A stretch of DNA of 64,000 nt from Takakia lepidozioides. Taxonomy: Eukaryota; Plantae; Bryophyta. Positions 1-11,954 of this stretch are shown in pieces. Where the stretch lies: NCBI GenBank assembly GCA_030704615.1, contig CM060731.1, forward strand, positions 14,198,001 through 14,262,000, written 5' to 3'. Each line of letters starts with the position of its first letter. Position 1 is the stretch's first letter. The notes under the pieces were generated by a model that saw only the letters and a list, made by a program, of their open reading frames with translations, made no database searches and was not told the origin of the DNA. The position numbers and the translations under genes are program-made.

Positions 1-169
1 GACTGCAGTGAGAGATGTCACTTGGTTCATCTGACTGTAGTCATCCGGACCGTACCATCTTATACTCATTGTATTCACTTGGTTTGCACGACTTACAGTC
101 ATATAAGTCATATGTATCATTTATGAATGTAAAATAGTCATATATACAGTGACAAATACTGCGATCAAT

Positions 170-3100
170 TGTAGTGTGTCCATGTGTGAATTGGCCACCC
201 AGCAGCACCTGTCATCGCTATGATAGCCCTCAAAGTTGACTAGCAAAGAACTGGAGCAAAAGTTTCTTTGTAATCAATCCAGTGTTGTTGCTCTATGCCT
301 CTAGCCATAAGTCGTGCTTTGAGACGAGTCCTGGTTGGATTGTTGAGGTCAATGATGGGCTTAGCGCTATAAATCCATCTGGCCGACAGTGGAGGTCTAT
401 CCGATGGTAACTCAGTCAGTTCCCAAGTCTTGTTCTTCAGCAAAGACTCAAATTTTTCCCGCATTACAGCATTCCAACCCCATCATTGAATGCCTCAGAG
501 AAAGTGATAGAATCAGTCACGGGGTCACTAATTTCCACAACGTACAGTTCCATGTCATCTGGTAAGTAGAGCTCAAAATCATTGTATTTGTTCAGAATTT
601 TTCATCTTGAAGCCCTATTAAAACGGTGAGTAGGCTGCATAGGCCGTTAGCTAGTATTTGACGTAGAAGCTTCATTGGTGGAATCAATCTGCCGCTGAGG
701 TTCCAATGAAGGTCTGTCCTCATCAGTAGCAGCTTCAAAGTGTTGCTCTAGTTCAGGCTGCTCATGCTGATGATGTTCTTGGGCAATCTCATTCTCTGGC
801 TTACGAGGGTGAGGCTGATCTGGACCAAGAACAAGCAACAATTCATCGAAGAATGTGGGAGGATGAGGTACATGCTGGAAATCCCCAGGCGCGTCTTCAA
901 CAAAGTATTCGACGACGAAGTGGATCGTAGTACCAGGAGCCTTTAGTTTAAGTATCTTAACCAACAAGAACTGCCTGAACTGCCTTAGTATGAAGTTTGG
1001 ACCTAAATTGAGAGGGAATATGGACAAAGGCAATACATCCGAGAACAAGGAGATGATAAAGGTTGGGTTTATTACCGTCGAGTGCTTGAAAATGGGTTTT
1101 AAGATGTAGAGCCCGAGTACAACAACGGTTAAGGACGTAGGCAGTAGCACGAATATCTTCCATCCAGACGAAACTGGGGAATTTGGAGTCTATGAAGATA
1201 GCACGAGCAGCTTCGAGCAAAGTCCGATTCTTCCGCTCAACAACACCATTTTGATGTAGGGTGCTGGGAGCAGTCAATTGCGACGAATTCCATGGTAGTA
1301 GCAGTATTGAAGAAAGTCATGAGACATGTACTCGCCACCACGGTTTGTCCTCAGACAGGAAATTCTCGACTGGAATTGACTTTCAATCATGGCCTTGAAC
1401 TCCTTAAAACAAGCAAAAGTTTCACTTTTATTAGCGAGAAAATACACCCAAGTAAAGCGAGAGTAATCGTCAATCAATGTTAAAACATACTTGGCAGAAA
1501 CAGTCATTTTACTGGTCCACATAAGTCCGAATGTATCTGCTGAAATGGTCGGGTTGTTTGTTGTTTGGAATTCTTTCGCGATGCTACTTAGCAATTTATG
1601 CAAGAGGTGCATGTTCGTTTGGCCAATGGAAGTTTGGGAATCCATGTGACTAGCTTCTTAGTCGTCATATGATAAGCCGATTGGAAATTAAGATGACCAA
1701 GCCGCATGTGCCAAAGATCGACCACATCAATATCGGTTTGTGAATTTTAAGAACTTGGGGTGGTTTTGAAACAACCTCGTGTAACAGATATATGTGGATG
1801 ACAATGATTGAATGAAGGAAGAGAAATGATACCTCGTGAATATCGATGCGCGTGTTGGCCAGGCAATGCAGCAGAAAGACGATACAAGTTGTTACGTGGA
1901 TTTCGAATAGCTTGAAGAGCAACAAGCTGAGGATTATCTTCATCAAACAGTACGTAACAAGCTTTGGAATAAAAAAGAATAAGATGCCCAACATGATCTG
2001 TTAGCTTGCCAACAGACATGAGATTCTTATGTGCACCCACGACGTAAAGAACATTGCGTACAACTTTATTATCAACATTTGCGGTGCCGTTGCTCAAAAT
2101 GGGAAGCTTGGAGCCGCCAGCTGTGGTTACAGATGGATTAGACGAGCTAGACACAAGTTCGGACAAGGCTGTTTTATCACCGGTAATATGGTTACTTGCA
2201 CCGGAGTCCATGTACCAGTCTTGCTGATCCGGTCCCAACTCTGTAAAATTAGTTGAAATTCCTTCAGAGAAATCACCAGCCTCTTCTTCATAGTCATCAT
2301 ATGCTTAAGCTAAATTAGCTTGTGGTTTCACTTTGCGGAGATTGGAAGCTCGGAGCCACAGCTGTGAGATCTAATCGTCAAGTTTTTTCAGTTCGCACTC
2401 AGCTTCCCAGTGTCCATGCTTAGTATAGTAGTTGCATGCCCCAACTACACGACTCTACGGTCAGGACTAGGTCGTGAGAAACCACGGTGAGTTGGAGTAG
2501 ATGGACGGTACCCGCGAACTCTTCCACCTGTTGGGGCCCGAAAGCGAGAGGCCACCATAGCATGTTCAACGACTTCTTCTTGTTTGTCTTTCCTCCAGTA
2601 TTCTTCGGCTTGGAGACGTTCCACCAGATTGCTATAAGTCGCGGGTGCGGGTTGCCGAGACAGATCAGAGCCGAAGCTAGAGATAAATGGACCCCAACTC
2701 AGTGGGAGCCCACGAAGGACAATATATATGAGACGAACGCTGTCAACAGCAGCGTTGATGGCCGCTAGTACATGAGAAGAGAGGTCATCGACTTCCTTGA
2801 GGTAATCCTCGATGGTTGTGCGTTCTGTTATTTATACGGCTTGTAACTGATGCTCCAAAAGAAGATGACGTTGAATCAAATCACCTCCGAAGCGCTGTTT
2901 GAAGTGATTCCAGGGTAGATGCAGACTACATGCTCAAAAGCGGCAGATGTGCCCTCCACTGAAAGTCCATGAGAAAAAATTAATTAAGGATATTTGTTCA
3001 AATATATTTTTATCTTCATAGGTAATGGTATACTAATCATATTTAGTAAATGGTCACATCCCAAATATTTGAGATATTTTTTATTATAAGTTTTTTTTAA

Positions 3101-4011
3101 TATTTTTTCCTTATTTATTATTATCTTTTAGTTTATGAAATTTGTCCATATAACAATAAGCTCCTAGAGACAATAACAATATATATATTCTTAGCAAAGA
3201 TCTCCGCCCGAATATGAATTTTTCAAAATGCTATGGACAAATCGTCATTTTGGAGGTTTTTTGGGTACAAAAAAATCCATATGTCTTGATGGATGTATGG
3301 AATTGTTCACAAATTTATATTTGTGTCTATTCAAACATTGCGTATCTAGTTGTAAAGTCCATATATGAATTGATTTTTCCCAAATAGGTTTTTCAGATGG
3401 CATTTGGGACATCCAATGGACTGTGACAGTCCATTGGAATTCCCTACAAAAGTCCATAGTTTCATCCAAATTCCAAAATAATTGTACCTACATGTACATA
3501 TAGTAAGTGGCTAACCCATTCTAAGTCCATTTGCTATGAATATATATTTATGTGTATAGGGTGAAGAATAATATGACAAGCAGTCAGTCGAAAACTGCAA
3601 ATTGCAGTCCAAACTGTGCCAGTGTAGTCTGCATCTACCCTCCAGCATCCAACAGGATCATTAGCATACTGACAAATTGTGGGCAAAAACTTGTCCTTGA
3701 GTGTAGCAGTTAGAATAGAAAGAACTTTTACTTTAAAACGTCGGATCTGCTGAGGAGTATACCGAGGTTGCACAGGAGCATTGAGGTCACCACCATCGTT
3801 GCCAGCTACATCACCTGTATCATCGTCAGCATTTTCACCTCGACTTCATCTCGTTCAAGTAAGGTCTGCACATGGGCACTCCAATTGATATAATTTTTAG
3901 AACCGTCAAGTTTATCGTTGTCGCCAAACAAACGTGCTAACTCCATGGCTGGTGTACTAAGGCCGGTCCCTCTCTAGTTCCCTGGAGAGCACATCCTATG
4001 CTCTGATACCA
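170..4011 (-). mobile_element. Degenerate Ty1/copia LTR retrotransposon (gag-PR-IN-truncated RT)
   Basis: PBS TGGTATCAGAGC (rc at 4000-4011). Gag ATG at 3946 (KLDGSKNYINW). Protease WYMDSGASNH (1747-2238), integrase IDDYSRFTWVYF...QNGVVERKNR (957-1645), RT start KARLMARG...ETFAPV (240-464). Order PR-IN-RT is copia; many stops and frameshifts. The 5' LTR begins at 4012 but its far end was not resolved. Confidence 0.93.
2913..3640. mobile_element. Non-autonomous TIR DNA transposon (728 bp) inserted in copia gag
   Basis: Perfect 18-bp TIRs GGGTAGATGCAGACTACA (2913-2930) / TGTAGTCTGCATCTACCC (3623-3640). TCCA flanks both ends (2909-2912, 3641-3644). Removing the element restores the gag frame DPVGCW|NHFKQRFGG. 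AT-rich interior with no recognisable protein. Confidence 0.92.
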
Positions 4012-4859
4012 TGAGGAGAAAAACATAATCTGAGAGAATAGAAATGGCACCCGTGACACCCCCAAAGATATACATAAGGTTGAAGGGAGGGTGCGCCGCC
4101 CTGTGACAGACGTAGCTAGCTACAGTGAATCTAATCCCTAAAATGTAAAGCATAAAACAAAGCTGACAAGGCTAACTACAGGATAAACAATAAAGACCAA
4201 ACTGATAAGTCTATGTAGATACAGGGCTCGAAGCTAATTTGTCATCAACATGATATGTAGCATACGTGCACACTGCACACATGTAATTGGAAGGTCCATT
4301 ATACATAAGCGATGTGGCAAATGCTAAGCTCATTGAAAGATTCCAAGTTGGGCTTTTTGCTTGCTGAGTCGTTGTTACACTTGAGCAAAACATAATATTC
4401 TATAATTTAGTAATATCCAAATAACATGTTATGATGCAGCGAAAGTATTCTCAGGCGAGAAAAATTGCGGAACTATTGAAGTTCTGTGCTCACTTCAGCA
4501 CACGTCATCTAGTGCAATTAGACTCCCTGACAGCAAATTTGGAAATGAACGTTGCCAGAAAAATGAGTTTCTAAGTTTTTGTTTGATTCCGCTAATGAAA
4601 CCGTCCAAATGCTCCTGTGGCATATTTGGCGGGTCTTATCATTCCGTGGCAATTATCTATGATATTATCAAATTAAAATAATTATCTAATTCTTATATAT
4701 ATATATATATATTAATGTTGTATTGCCCGCATTTGCATGAGGGAAAGCAATGGAAGATTTTAATGCAAGCGTGTCATCTCCGACAGCACGTTACACCCAG
4801 CTTGCGGCCTATCAAATCTCCCCACTCCCTCTCAAGAGTCAAGACTAATACGGATTGGA

Positions 4860-5046
4860 CTACTGACGCCAAACACCGGAGTGACATGAAACTCGGTGAC
4901 ATCACTGGATTGACAATAGATGGTAGGTGGATTGACACCACGAAACTTAGTGACATCACCGAAGTGACAATATATACTAGTTGGAGTGACACCAGAGTGA
5001 CACGAAAGTGTCACTCCAAATAATAGAACTCCCATTTGGTGTCACG
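4860..5046. repeat. Cluster of short GTGACA/TGTCAC motifs, probably TE subterminal repeats
   Basis: About ten (G/T)TGACA copies followed by inverted TGTCAC copies; an (AT)n tract lies at ~4698-4712. Confidence 0.5.
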
Positions 5047-5537
5047 ACATTTGACCAAAGTATAAAAAGTACAAAACAGGTTAAAGTGACAAGGAATGGA
5101 CCGGGGTGATATAACAATCCAACAAAATCTGCACCTGATAGTTACCATCACCATGACCTTACCAAAGTATTGCTCCCTACACATCAACTGTCAACAACGT
5201 TCTAAAGTATTTAATAGTAAGAGAAGATGGGGAGGATTTGACAGGGACCTACTGGAGGTGGTGCTCGACAGTGCTGAAATCGGGGACGTTCTTACGTTTT
5301 TACATTGTTTTCCTATTGAGGGGATTATAATACTTTGCCTTCCAATAATTCAAGTAAATATCCCCATCTTTGTAATTATGTGAACGGTAGACTCACCAAA
5401 CAAAATCTTTTCGATAATCTTCAATAACGCTCTCAAGGGCTTCATCCCCTTTTCCTAAACAGAAAACAATTATAGAAAAAATCTTGGTTTGCTTTCAAAA
5501 ACAAATGGCTAGAGGCGTATGGCTCCTCTTTGCGAAC

Positions 5538-6060
5538 CAGGCTTTAGTTTTGAAGGGTACCTTAGACTTTCATTTGCAAGTTTCCCAAAAAATTTGCCCT
5601 TCATTTTGAAGGACTGTAATTTTGACTCCCCTTTATTTATTTTTGGCAGCCATTCGGCGAGCATGCATGTAACATAAAAATAATTTTTTTGTATAATACA
5701 CATGAAATGAAAGTCTTTTCACATTCCACAAGTCCACGTATGATAAAAATTGTGAGAGAAATTCAATCTGAATGTATTCCCAATGGAATAGGTCTACGGT
5801 TCTTCATGCCACTCCAAATCTCAAAAACGGCAGTCCCATCCATGGCCTCCACTTCGAGCCCACATAAGAAACTCGCGTCAATGCATCCAAAGTCCTCAAC
5901 TCAATCTCATTCTACGGTTACTTTTCACCCAATTTTGCTTTGAGAACCCATGCTCGCAAATAGCTGTGCTGGCAAGAATAATCAACACCCTTTGCCAAAG
6001 GCTAATCAAAGTAGGCCAAGCAGCAAAAAAAACTCATCTGAAATGCAACAATATGCGGCA
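5538..6060 (-). mobile_element. hAT transposase C-terminal remnant with a putative terminus
   Basis: Minus strand reads WPTLISLWQRVLIILASTAICEHGFSKQNWVKSNRRMRL..LDAL.RVSLCG (frameshifted), typical of the hAT dimerisation domain. A CAGGCTTTAG... end-like sequence starts at 5538; its partner was not found. Confidence 0.75.
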
Positions 6061-7930
6061 ATATGCAACAATCAAGGGGCCTAATTTGTGTGTGAGCTGT
6101 CGCTCCCAGATAGATCAAAACGCCAAAGAAGCCGCAGTTCGGTTGTCGAGTCCGTTCCCCTACACGTAAGTAAGTAAAGCGTTCAACGACTAGCTATGTT
6201 GGGGCAACTATTGTTGGACCTTCTTACCCCTATTCATCCACAAGGATGAACTGCAAGGATCATGTCTCGCCCTGTTTGACCCTTTGATCCATCCCCACAT
6301 GCAGCTCTGTTGGGCAGTTTCTATCCGTTAAGTAAGCTTAAATCGAGTAAACGGACCAGCCTTGTGCCAAGTGGAAGGGATCAACGTGGTGGCAGTGTGG
6401 GCCTCGCGCGTGTCCAATGGCAGGACGCTGCGCGGAGGAAGATGCGATCAAGTGTGGGTGCTATTTTGAGTTTTGCCTTCCATTTGTTTGGCATGTACTT
6501 TGTGCGCACGCTCTTTTGGATATTCAGGAATGTTCATCCCATGTTTTTGCCAAACTGGCGCTCGCCCCGCATCCCCTCGTCATAGCGGATAACTTTATTA
6601 TACCAAAAAAAGATGGTTGATGAGGTGTTTTTTTTTTTTTTCACGTTTCCAAAATCGCCACAAAGGCTACATGTAAATTCCCATGTGACGACAATAAGGA
6701 GGTGACAGGGTTAGAGAAGTGGCTATATATCAGGTGTCACATTTTAACAGGAATTTCTGGCTCCTGATATTTAACCATTTGCGCTTTCTGGCGAATTTTT
6801 TTATTATTACTCCCATAATTCCTTTATAAAAGTAGCCGACCCATTTTCCAGGTCGAAATCTGGCAATTTTTCGCCAGATTTAAAAACACTGCGGTTGAGT
6901 AGATTCCAAATTAGATTCCAAATTACCTCCCAAAATTGGTTTGATGAGGGATTTGCCCCATGTTGTAGACTTTTCCTATGAGAATGCTCTCCACATTCAA
7001 CACTTTGTGGCACAGATAGGGTGGTCTCCAAATTTCAGCCCAAAACTTCAAGAATTTGGGACAGTTGATTTGTATGTGGAATGACCAATTTCTCCCAAAA
7101 CAGGGAGGGGCTCTCATGGCGTCTTGAAGTTTTTAATGGAATCATATTTCCTATGGTCAGTCTTTCAAGCAGTGCAAGCATGTAAAAAAGTTAAATTGTT
7201 TTGACATTTATCAATTTCGAGGTGATATTTCACGAAAATTTCAAAAAAAAAGTGGCAGCACTTTGGGAAGATTGGGTAGCGCGGGAGCATGCTCCCGTGA
7301 GCATCCCACGAAATTTCCTGGAAATTTCACAGCGAAATGAAATTGACGAAATTAACAATTATGCAAAACTAACACACAAAGAACAAGTAGCCCCTATACC
7401 TGATGAACATGTTGCCCTATAGGCGCGGCTTTTTCTCCAAAAGCTCAATTTTAAGGTCCTTTCCCTTGCCCCCCAAAAAAAAAACCATGGGTAATTTCAC
7501 ACTGCGAAATTCCGCCTGAGAAACATTCAGATTGTGGCCCATAGTCTCTCGCTGACTATAGAGATAGGGTTTTCGACCCTACGGGTTCCTTTCTCATCTT
7601 CTTTCAGGAGGCTTCTTCGTCTTCACTGACTACAGTGTGTGTGCCTCATGGCGTAACCAGGGGTTTTAATTTTTTTCCCCGCAATGAACTCCATAAAATT
7701 AATTCAGGGCTCTATCCCTGTTCACTCCAAAAAAAAAAAAAAAAAAAAAAAAACAATTGTGGCCACAAAATCAAAAATCAAAAAAAGAACCGTGGATAAT
7801 TTCGCACTGCAAAATTCCGCCTGAGAAGCAATCAGATTGTGGCTAAAAGGACGAATAGGTCACTTTTAAAGCCCCCACCCATTCCTTTTGGACCCCTTTT
7901 GGAAGCACATAGGATTTTTGTCTGATGGCA

Positions 7931-8110
7931 TTTTTCAGTGCAAACCCACCGCTTGCTTAGTTTGTTCCCATATCACCAAGTATTTCTCAGTGCGAAATTC
8001 ACTGCTGCTTGGTTTGTGCCCATATCACCAAGTATTTCTCAGTGCGAAATTCACCACTGCTTAGTTTGTGCCCATATCACCAAGTATTTTTCAGTTGGAA
8101 ATTCACCGCC
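7931..8110 (+). repeat. 52-bp tandem repeat, about 3.5 copies
   Basis: TATCACCAAG recurs at 7971, 8023 and 8075 (period 52). Unit approximately GTTTGTGCCCATATCACCAAGTATTTCTCAGTGCGAAATTCACCACTGCTTA. Confidence 0.9.
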
Positions 8111-8983
8111 GCCACTACTGGTTTAGGGTTTTTTGCTACACTACTGAAGGTTTCGCCTCGCTGAGTTGGCACAGATGTACTGTACAACCTCTACACCCGC
8201 TTATGGTTCTAGTCCGTTTTGAAAACATATAACTCCTATGATCGAGGCTTGAAAAACATAAACTCCCATGACCGTGGGTTGTGCTCACGCGAGCCTGAGC
8301 ATGCTCACATTGTGCTCACAGGATACCAACCCCCCACTTTAGGAGGGTCCATCCCACCTGCGACGTGGGCAAGTCAACACCCCTGCGCCATATATTTTAT
8401 GACTCTGACCACCTTTGAAATTCCTGCATGGCAAGCTTTTCATTTTTTTGGGGCGGCAGGCTAAGTTCCCACTAGACTTCAGGTCGAGGATCAGGATTTG
8501 TAGGAGGATTGAGCCCAAAAACACCGGGGTGGCATTCGAGCTCCATAATCACGTGTGTTCTGTAGAGTTGTTTTTTTCTGTTGTTTTGAGGGGATATCCG
8601 TTGGTAGGAAGACACAGTCCTTTTCTTTTTCTTTTTCTTTTAAAATTTAATTTAAAAAGGGGTTTTGGCCAGAAACTGGCGTCACGCCATTCTACTGGGT
8701 TCGCTTCGCTGCGTTTGGTCGCCAGAATCCCTTACGAAGCGAGTATCGTTCTATACATAGCAACAAGCGAGAACCCAAGTCAGCGCAAAAATCCAAAGGC
8801 CAAGCGCTGGAGGCTGGTCACCCATCATGTAAACTGGGCTCGGTTGTGACAAAATTCTGTGCAGTGCTGAAAGCCAGCTGCGGAGCGGAAGATGCTCTCT
8901 CCACGGGTGTATCAATGGGCACTCGCATTGGGCAATGGGTGTTTGCAGCTCAAGTTACCTGACAATTCAGAGAGCGGGTGACT

Positions 8984-11124
8984 ATGGCGTCGGTGCCACA
9001 GAGTCCATTGAGGTACAGGAACTCCGCTCCCAGAAATTCATTAGCTGCGCATACTCATGTGGGTGTCCACTGCCAGCACTCGTTCCTCAATAGCAGTCTG
9101 CAGGGACAACAGAGTTTGCATGAACAGAAGGGTGGACACAACGATGGTGTTAGTTACTACTGGGCTAAGAGTCAGCTAACAATTGTCGGGCAATAGAATA
9201 TTAGGCACGCAACAATACTGAGGATAGCCTGATCGAGGATTAGAGGTTAATAAGTAATACCAAAGCGCAACTCAAGAAATGCAAACACCTGACATTTGGT
9301 GAAAGCCTAAGAACCCGGGGTTGCATTGGCGTTCCCTCAGGTCTGGTTTGCTTGCAAGCTAGAGAGGAAACATCTGCTCAGGTAAAGTTTGAGTCTATCT
9401 GATTCTTCGATGGCAGGCTGGACAGGAGCAAGCCATAGCATTGGAGAGGCCACAGCCCGGTTGTTTGTTGCACACGGAGCAAAGGTGGTGATTGCTGATG
9501 TGCTAGACGAGCTGGGTCAGAGTTTGGCAGAGGAACTCGGAGCAGATAGAGCACGCTATGTCCACTGCGATGTGCGCAACGAGAGTGATGTTGCTGCAGC
9601 TGTGGACTTGGCTGTATCCACATTTGGGAAGCTTGACATCTATTACAGCAATGCAGGCATAGTAGGTCAGCATCTCTCTCTATGTTTGACAAGCTGACAT
9701 ATACTACTTTCATGTTCAAAGCTATCTGACTCTCCTTGCAAAAGTGAAGAACTATCATGTGCTGTGGCATCTCTTTCTTTAGCAACTTTACAAAGAGATT
9801 AGACACTCTCTACCACTCCTAGAGAGATTAAAGTGCGGTGGGTATTCCGTAGAGCGAGATCCTTTGAAGGCAAAGATGAAAAAATGCACATCTCCTACCA
9901 CCGAATCTTAAACCCTTTCCCTCTCCATTTTGTCTTGTAAGTACCCAAAATCCAGAGAAATACAAGGTCATTTCCTAGAGAGGTTTGCCAATTGCAGAGA
10001 CTCACTTCTCTCTCTCTCCCTCCTCCCCCAAGTGGCATGTTCAACTCAATTCTGCCTCTAATGATAGCAATTCTGGACATCTCTCCCTCTCTCCTCCCTT
10101 GCCGATGTGACACATCCAACTCATTTCTACCTTTGATTGGCACCTTCAGGCTCAGTAGCTGGGTTTGCAGACTTGAACATCGACGATTATGAGGCAGTAT
10201 TTGCAGTGAATGTGAGGGGCACAATACTGGGCATCAAACATGCGGCAAGGGTGATGAAGGCAAGCAAGCATGGAAGCATTATTCTAACAGCAAGTGTAGG
10301 CGGCGTGGTGGCTGGCTTGGGACCAAGCGCCTATTCCATTAGCAAAGCCGCCGTTGTTGGTGGGTGCTCTCCTTCTTTCTGTTGGTTATGATATTATCCG
10401 TAACTTGGGTGTGGGTGCGTCTTAGCATATAAGGTAGGCAAGTGCCCCAGTCCAATTCCCCACAATTTTTCAGACATGGTTCCAATCAAGTGCACACATA
10501 CCAATGGACTTCTACAGCAACCACCGCCCGTTGTTTGTTAGAATGAGATTGCCACTCTAAAACTCATGAATGAGGTGATCTTTTGCCCAACAGAAAAGTG
10601 CGTCGACCTTCCTATCAGCTGCAGCGTATCAGTATCTAATGGAGTCTCATTTTATCCACAGGAATAGCTCGGTCAGTGGCGTTTGATCTACGGGGGCACG
10701 ACATTTGCGTTAACTGCATTTCACCTGGTGGCTTGCCAACCACACTGGCATTTAATACACTGAGGTCAGTGAGGAAAACTCTTATTTCAGTTGCCATGAG
10801 AATTCTATCACCTTGGACAAAAAGGATGCTGATAAGGACAGTAATGTTTCTTAGAGATCCTTCCATTTGTGTATAGCCCACTAACGTAGGTGGGGGTGAT
10901 ACAGGGAGTTCGACCCAGGCATGACGATGCCTATGCTGGAGGAGAAAACCGCCAAAGGTAATGAGGGGTCTCTTGCTGGCAGTAATTTTAAGGTGGAAAC
11001 AGTTGCAACTGCTGCAATGTTTTTGGCCAGTGACGAATCGTCATTCACAAGCGGCCACAACTTGATGTTAGATGGCGGGCTCACTAGCTGTCGAACGCCA
11101 GAATCACACAGATGGAATGAGTAA
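8984..11124 (+). pseudogene. Short-chain dehydrogenase/reductase (ABA2/secoisolariciresinol-dehydrogenase-like), probably pseudogenised
   Basis: Exons 8984-9012, 9417-9665, 10150-10359, 10662-10764, 10905-11124 with GT-AG introns. Motifs SNAG, YSISK, FLASDESSFTSGHNLMLDGG. Exon 2 lacks GKVAxI and is out of frame with exon 1 (early TAG). Cofactor motif reads TGASHSIG instead of TGxxxGxG. Confidence 0.85.
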
Positions 11125-11954
11125 TGGTGGAGGACAATATTGTGTGTGGAGGATTTGGTCATTTTGTTCATACCAGTGAGAAGGTGTCCACCACACGCAA
11201 GACACTAGGGCTGTCTGGTGTACGCTGCAAGAGCCAGGGTTGTATTTCCCCAAGCCAGAGTGGCGCCTGAATGAAACAGATCATAGTCCATAAAGGGGAT
11301 TCCATGATTGAGATATGATATCAGGTGGGCCTTTCAGATGCAAAATGGAGAGGATATTGATTCTTTCCCCGGTTCACAAGACTTGTTTGTCATGCTTTTC
11401 ATGAAACGTGAGATGTTGGAGATGCTTGTCAGAAACCTGATTTCTCCGGGCCTAAACTTACCACTAAGCATACAAAGATGGGGTTCTAGCATTCTGAAAC
11501 AGTCAAATCTACCTGGCAGAGGATTGCTAAAGACTGTTTTGGTTCCACCAAGAAATTACACATTAGTCTGGCCTTCTGAACTATGTCACCCGCTAATTAT
11601 TCTCTACTAATCATCAAATCCTGTCTGCCACTAACGTAGATTGGTGTTATGAAACAAGTCATCTCTAACAGATCCGAGTAGGCTGAAGAAATTCTTTGAG
11701 CTAGCAATTGCCTTATCTGCAGGATGAAAGACACCTATCTCTGTATTATCCTCCAGAGGAAGGATGTTGGAGTGACAAGAGGAAAGAGTCATGGCTTGTC
11801 AGGGGATCAATTTCCCAACCTTGACTTTTTTAGTCCCTACATAATGTTTTAGTTTGGGTCAAGTGGGAAGATGACATACAAAACCCAAAGTTGCATCCTT
11901 GTAAAATACCTGACCTACAGGCATTTCAGGAGCTGAAACCCATGCAGAACTGCA

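Noticed and set aside
7931-8110. CRISPR-like array
   Set aside because: Units are contiguous tandem copies without unique spacers; eukaryotic context and no cas genes.
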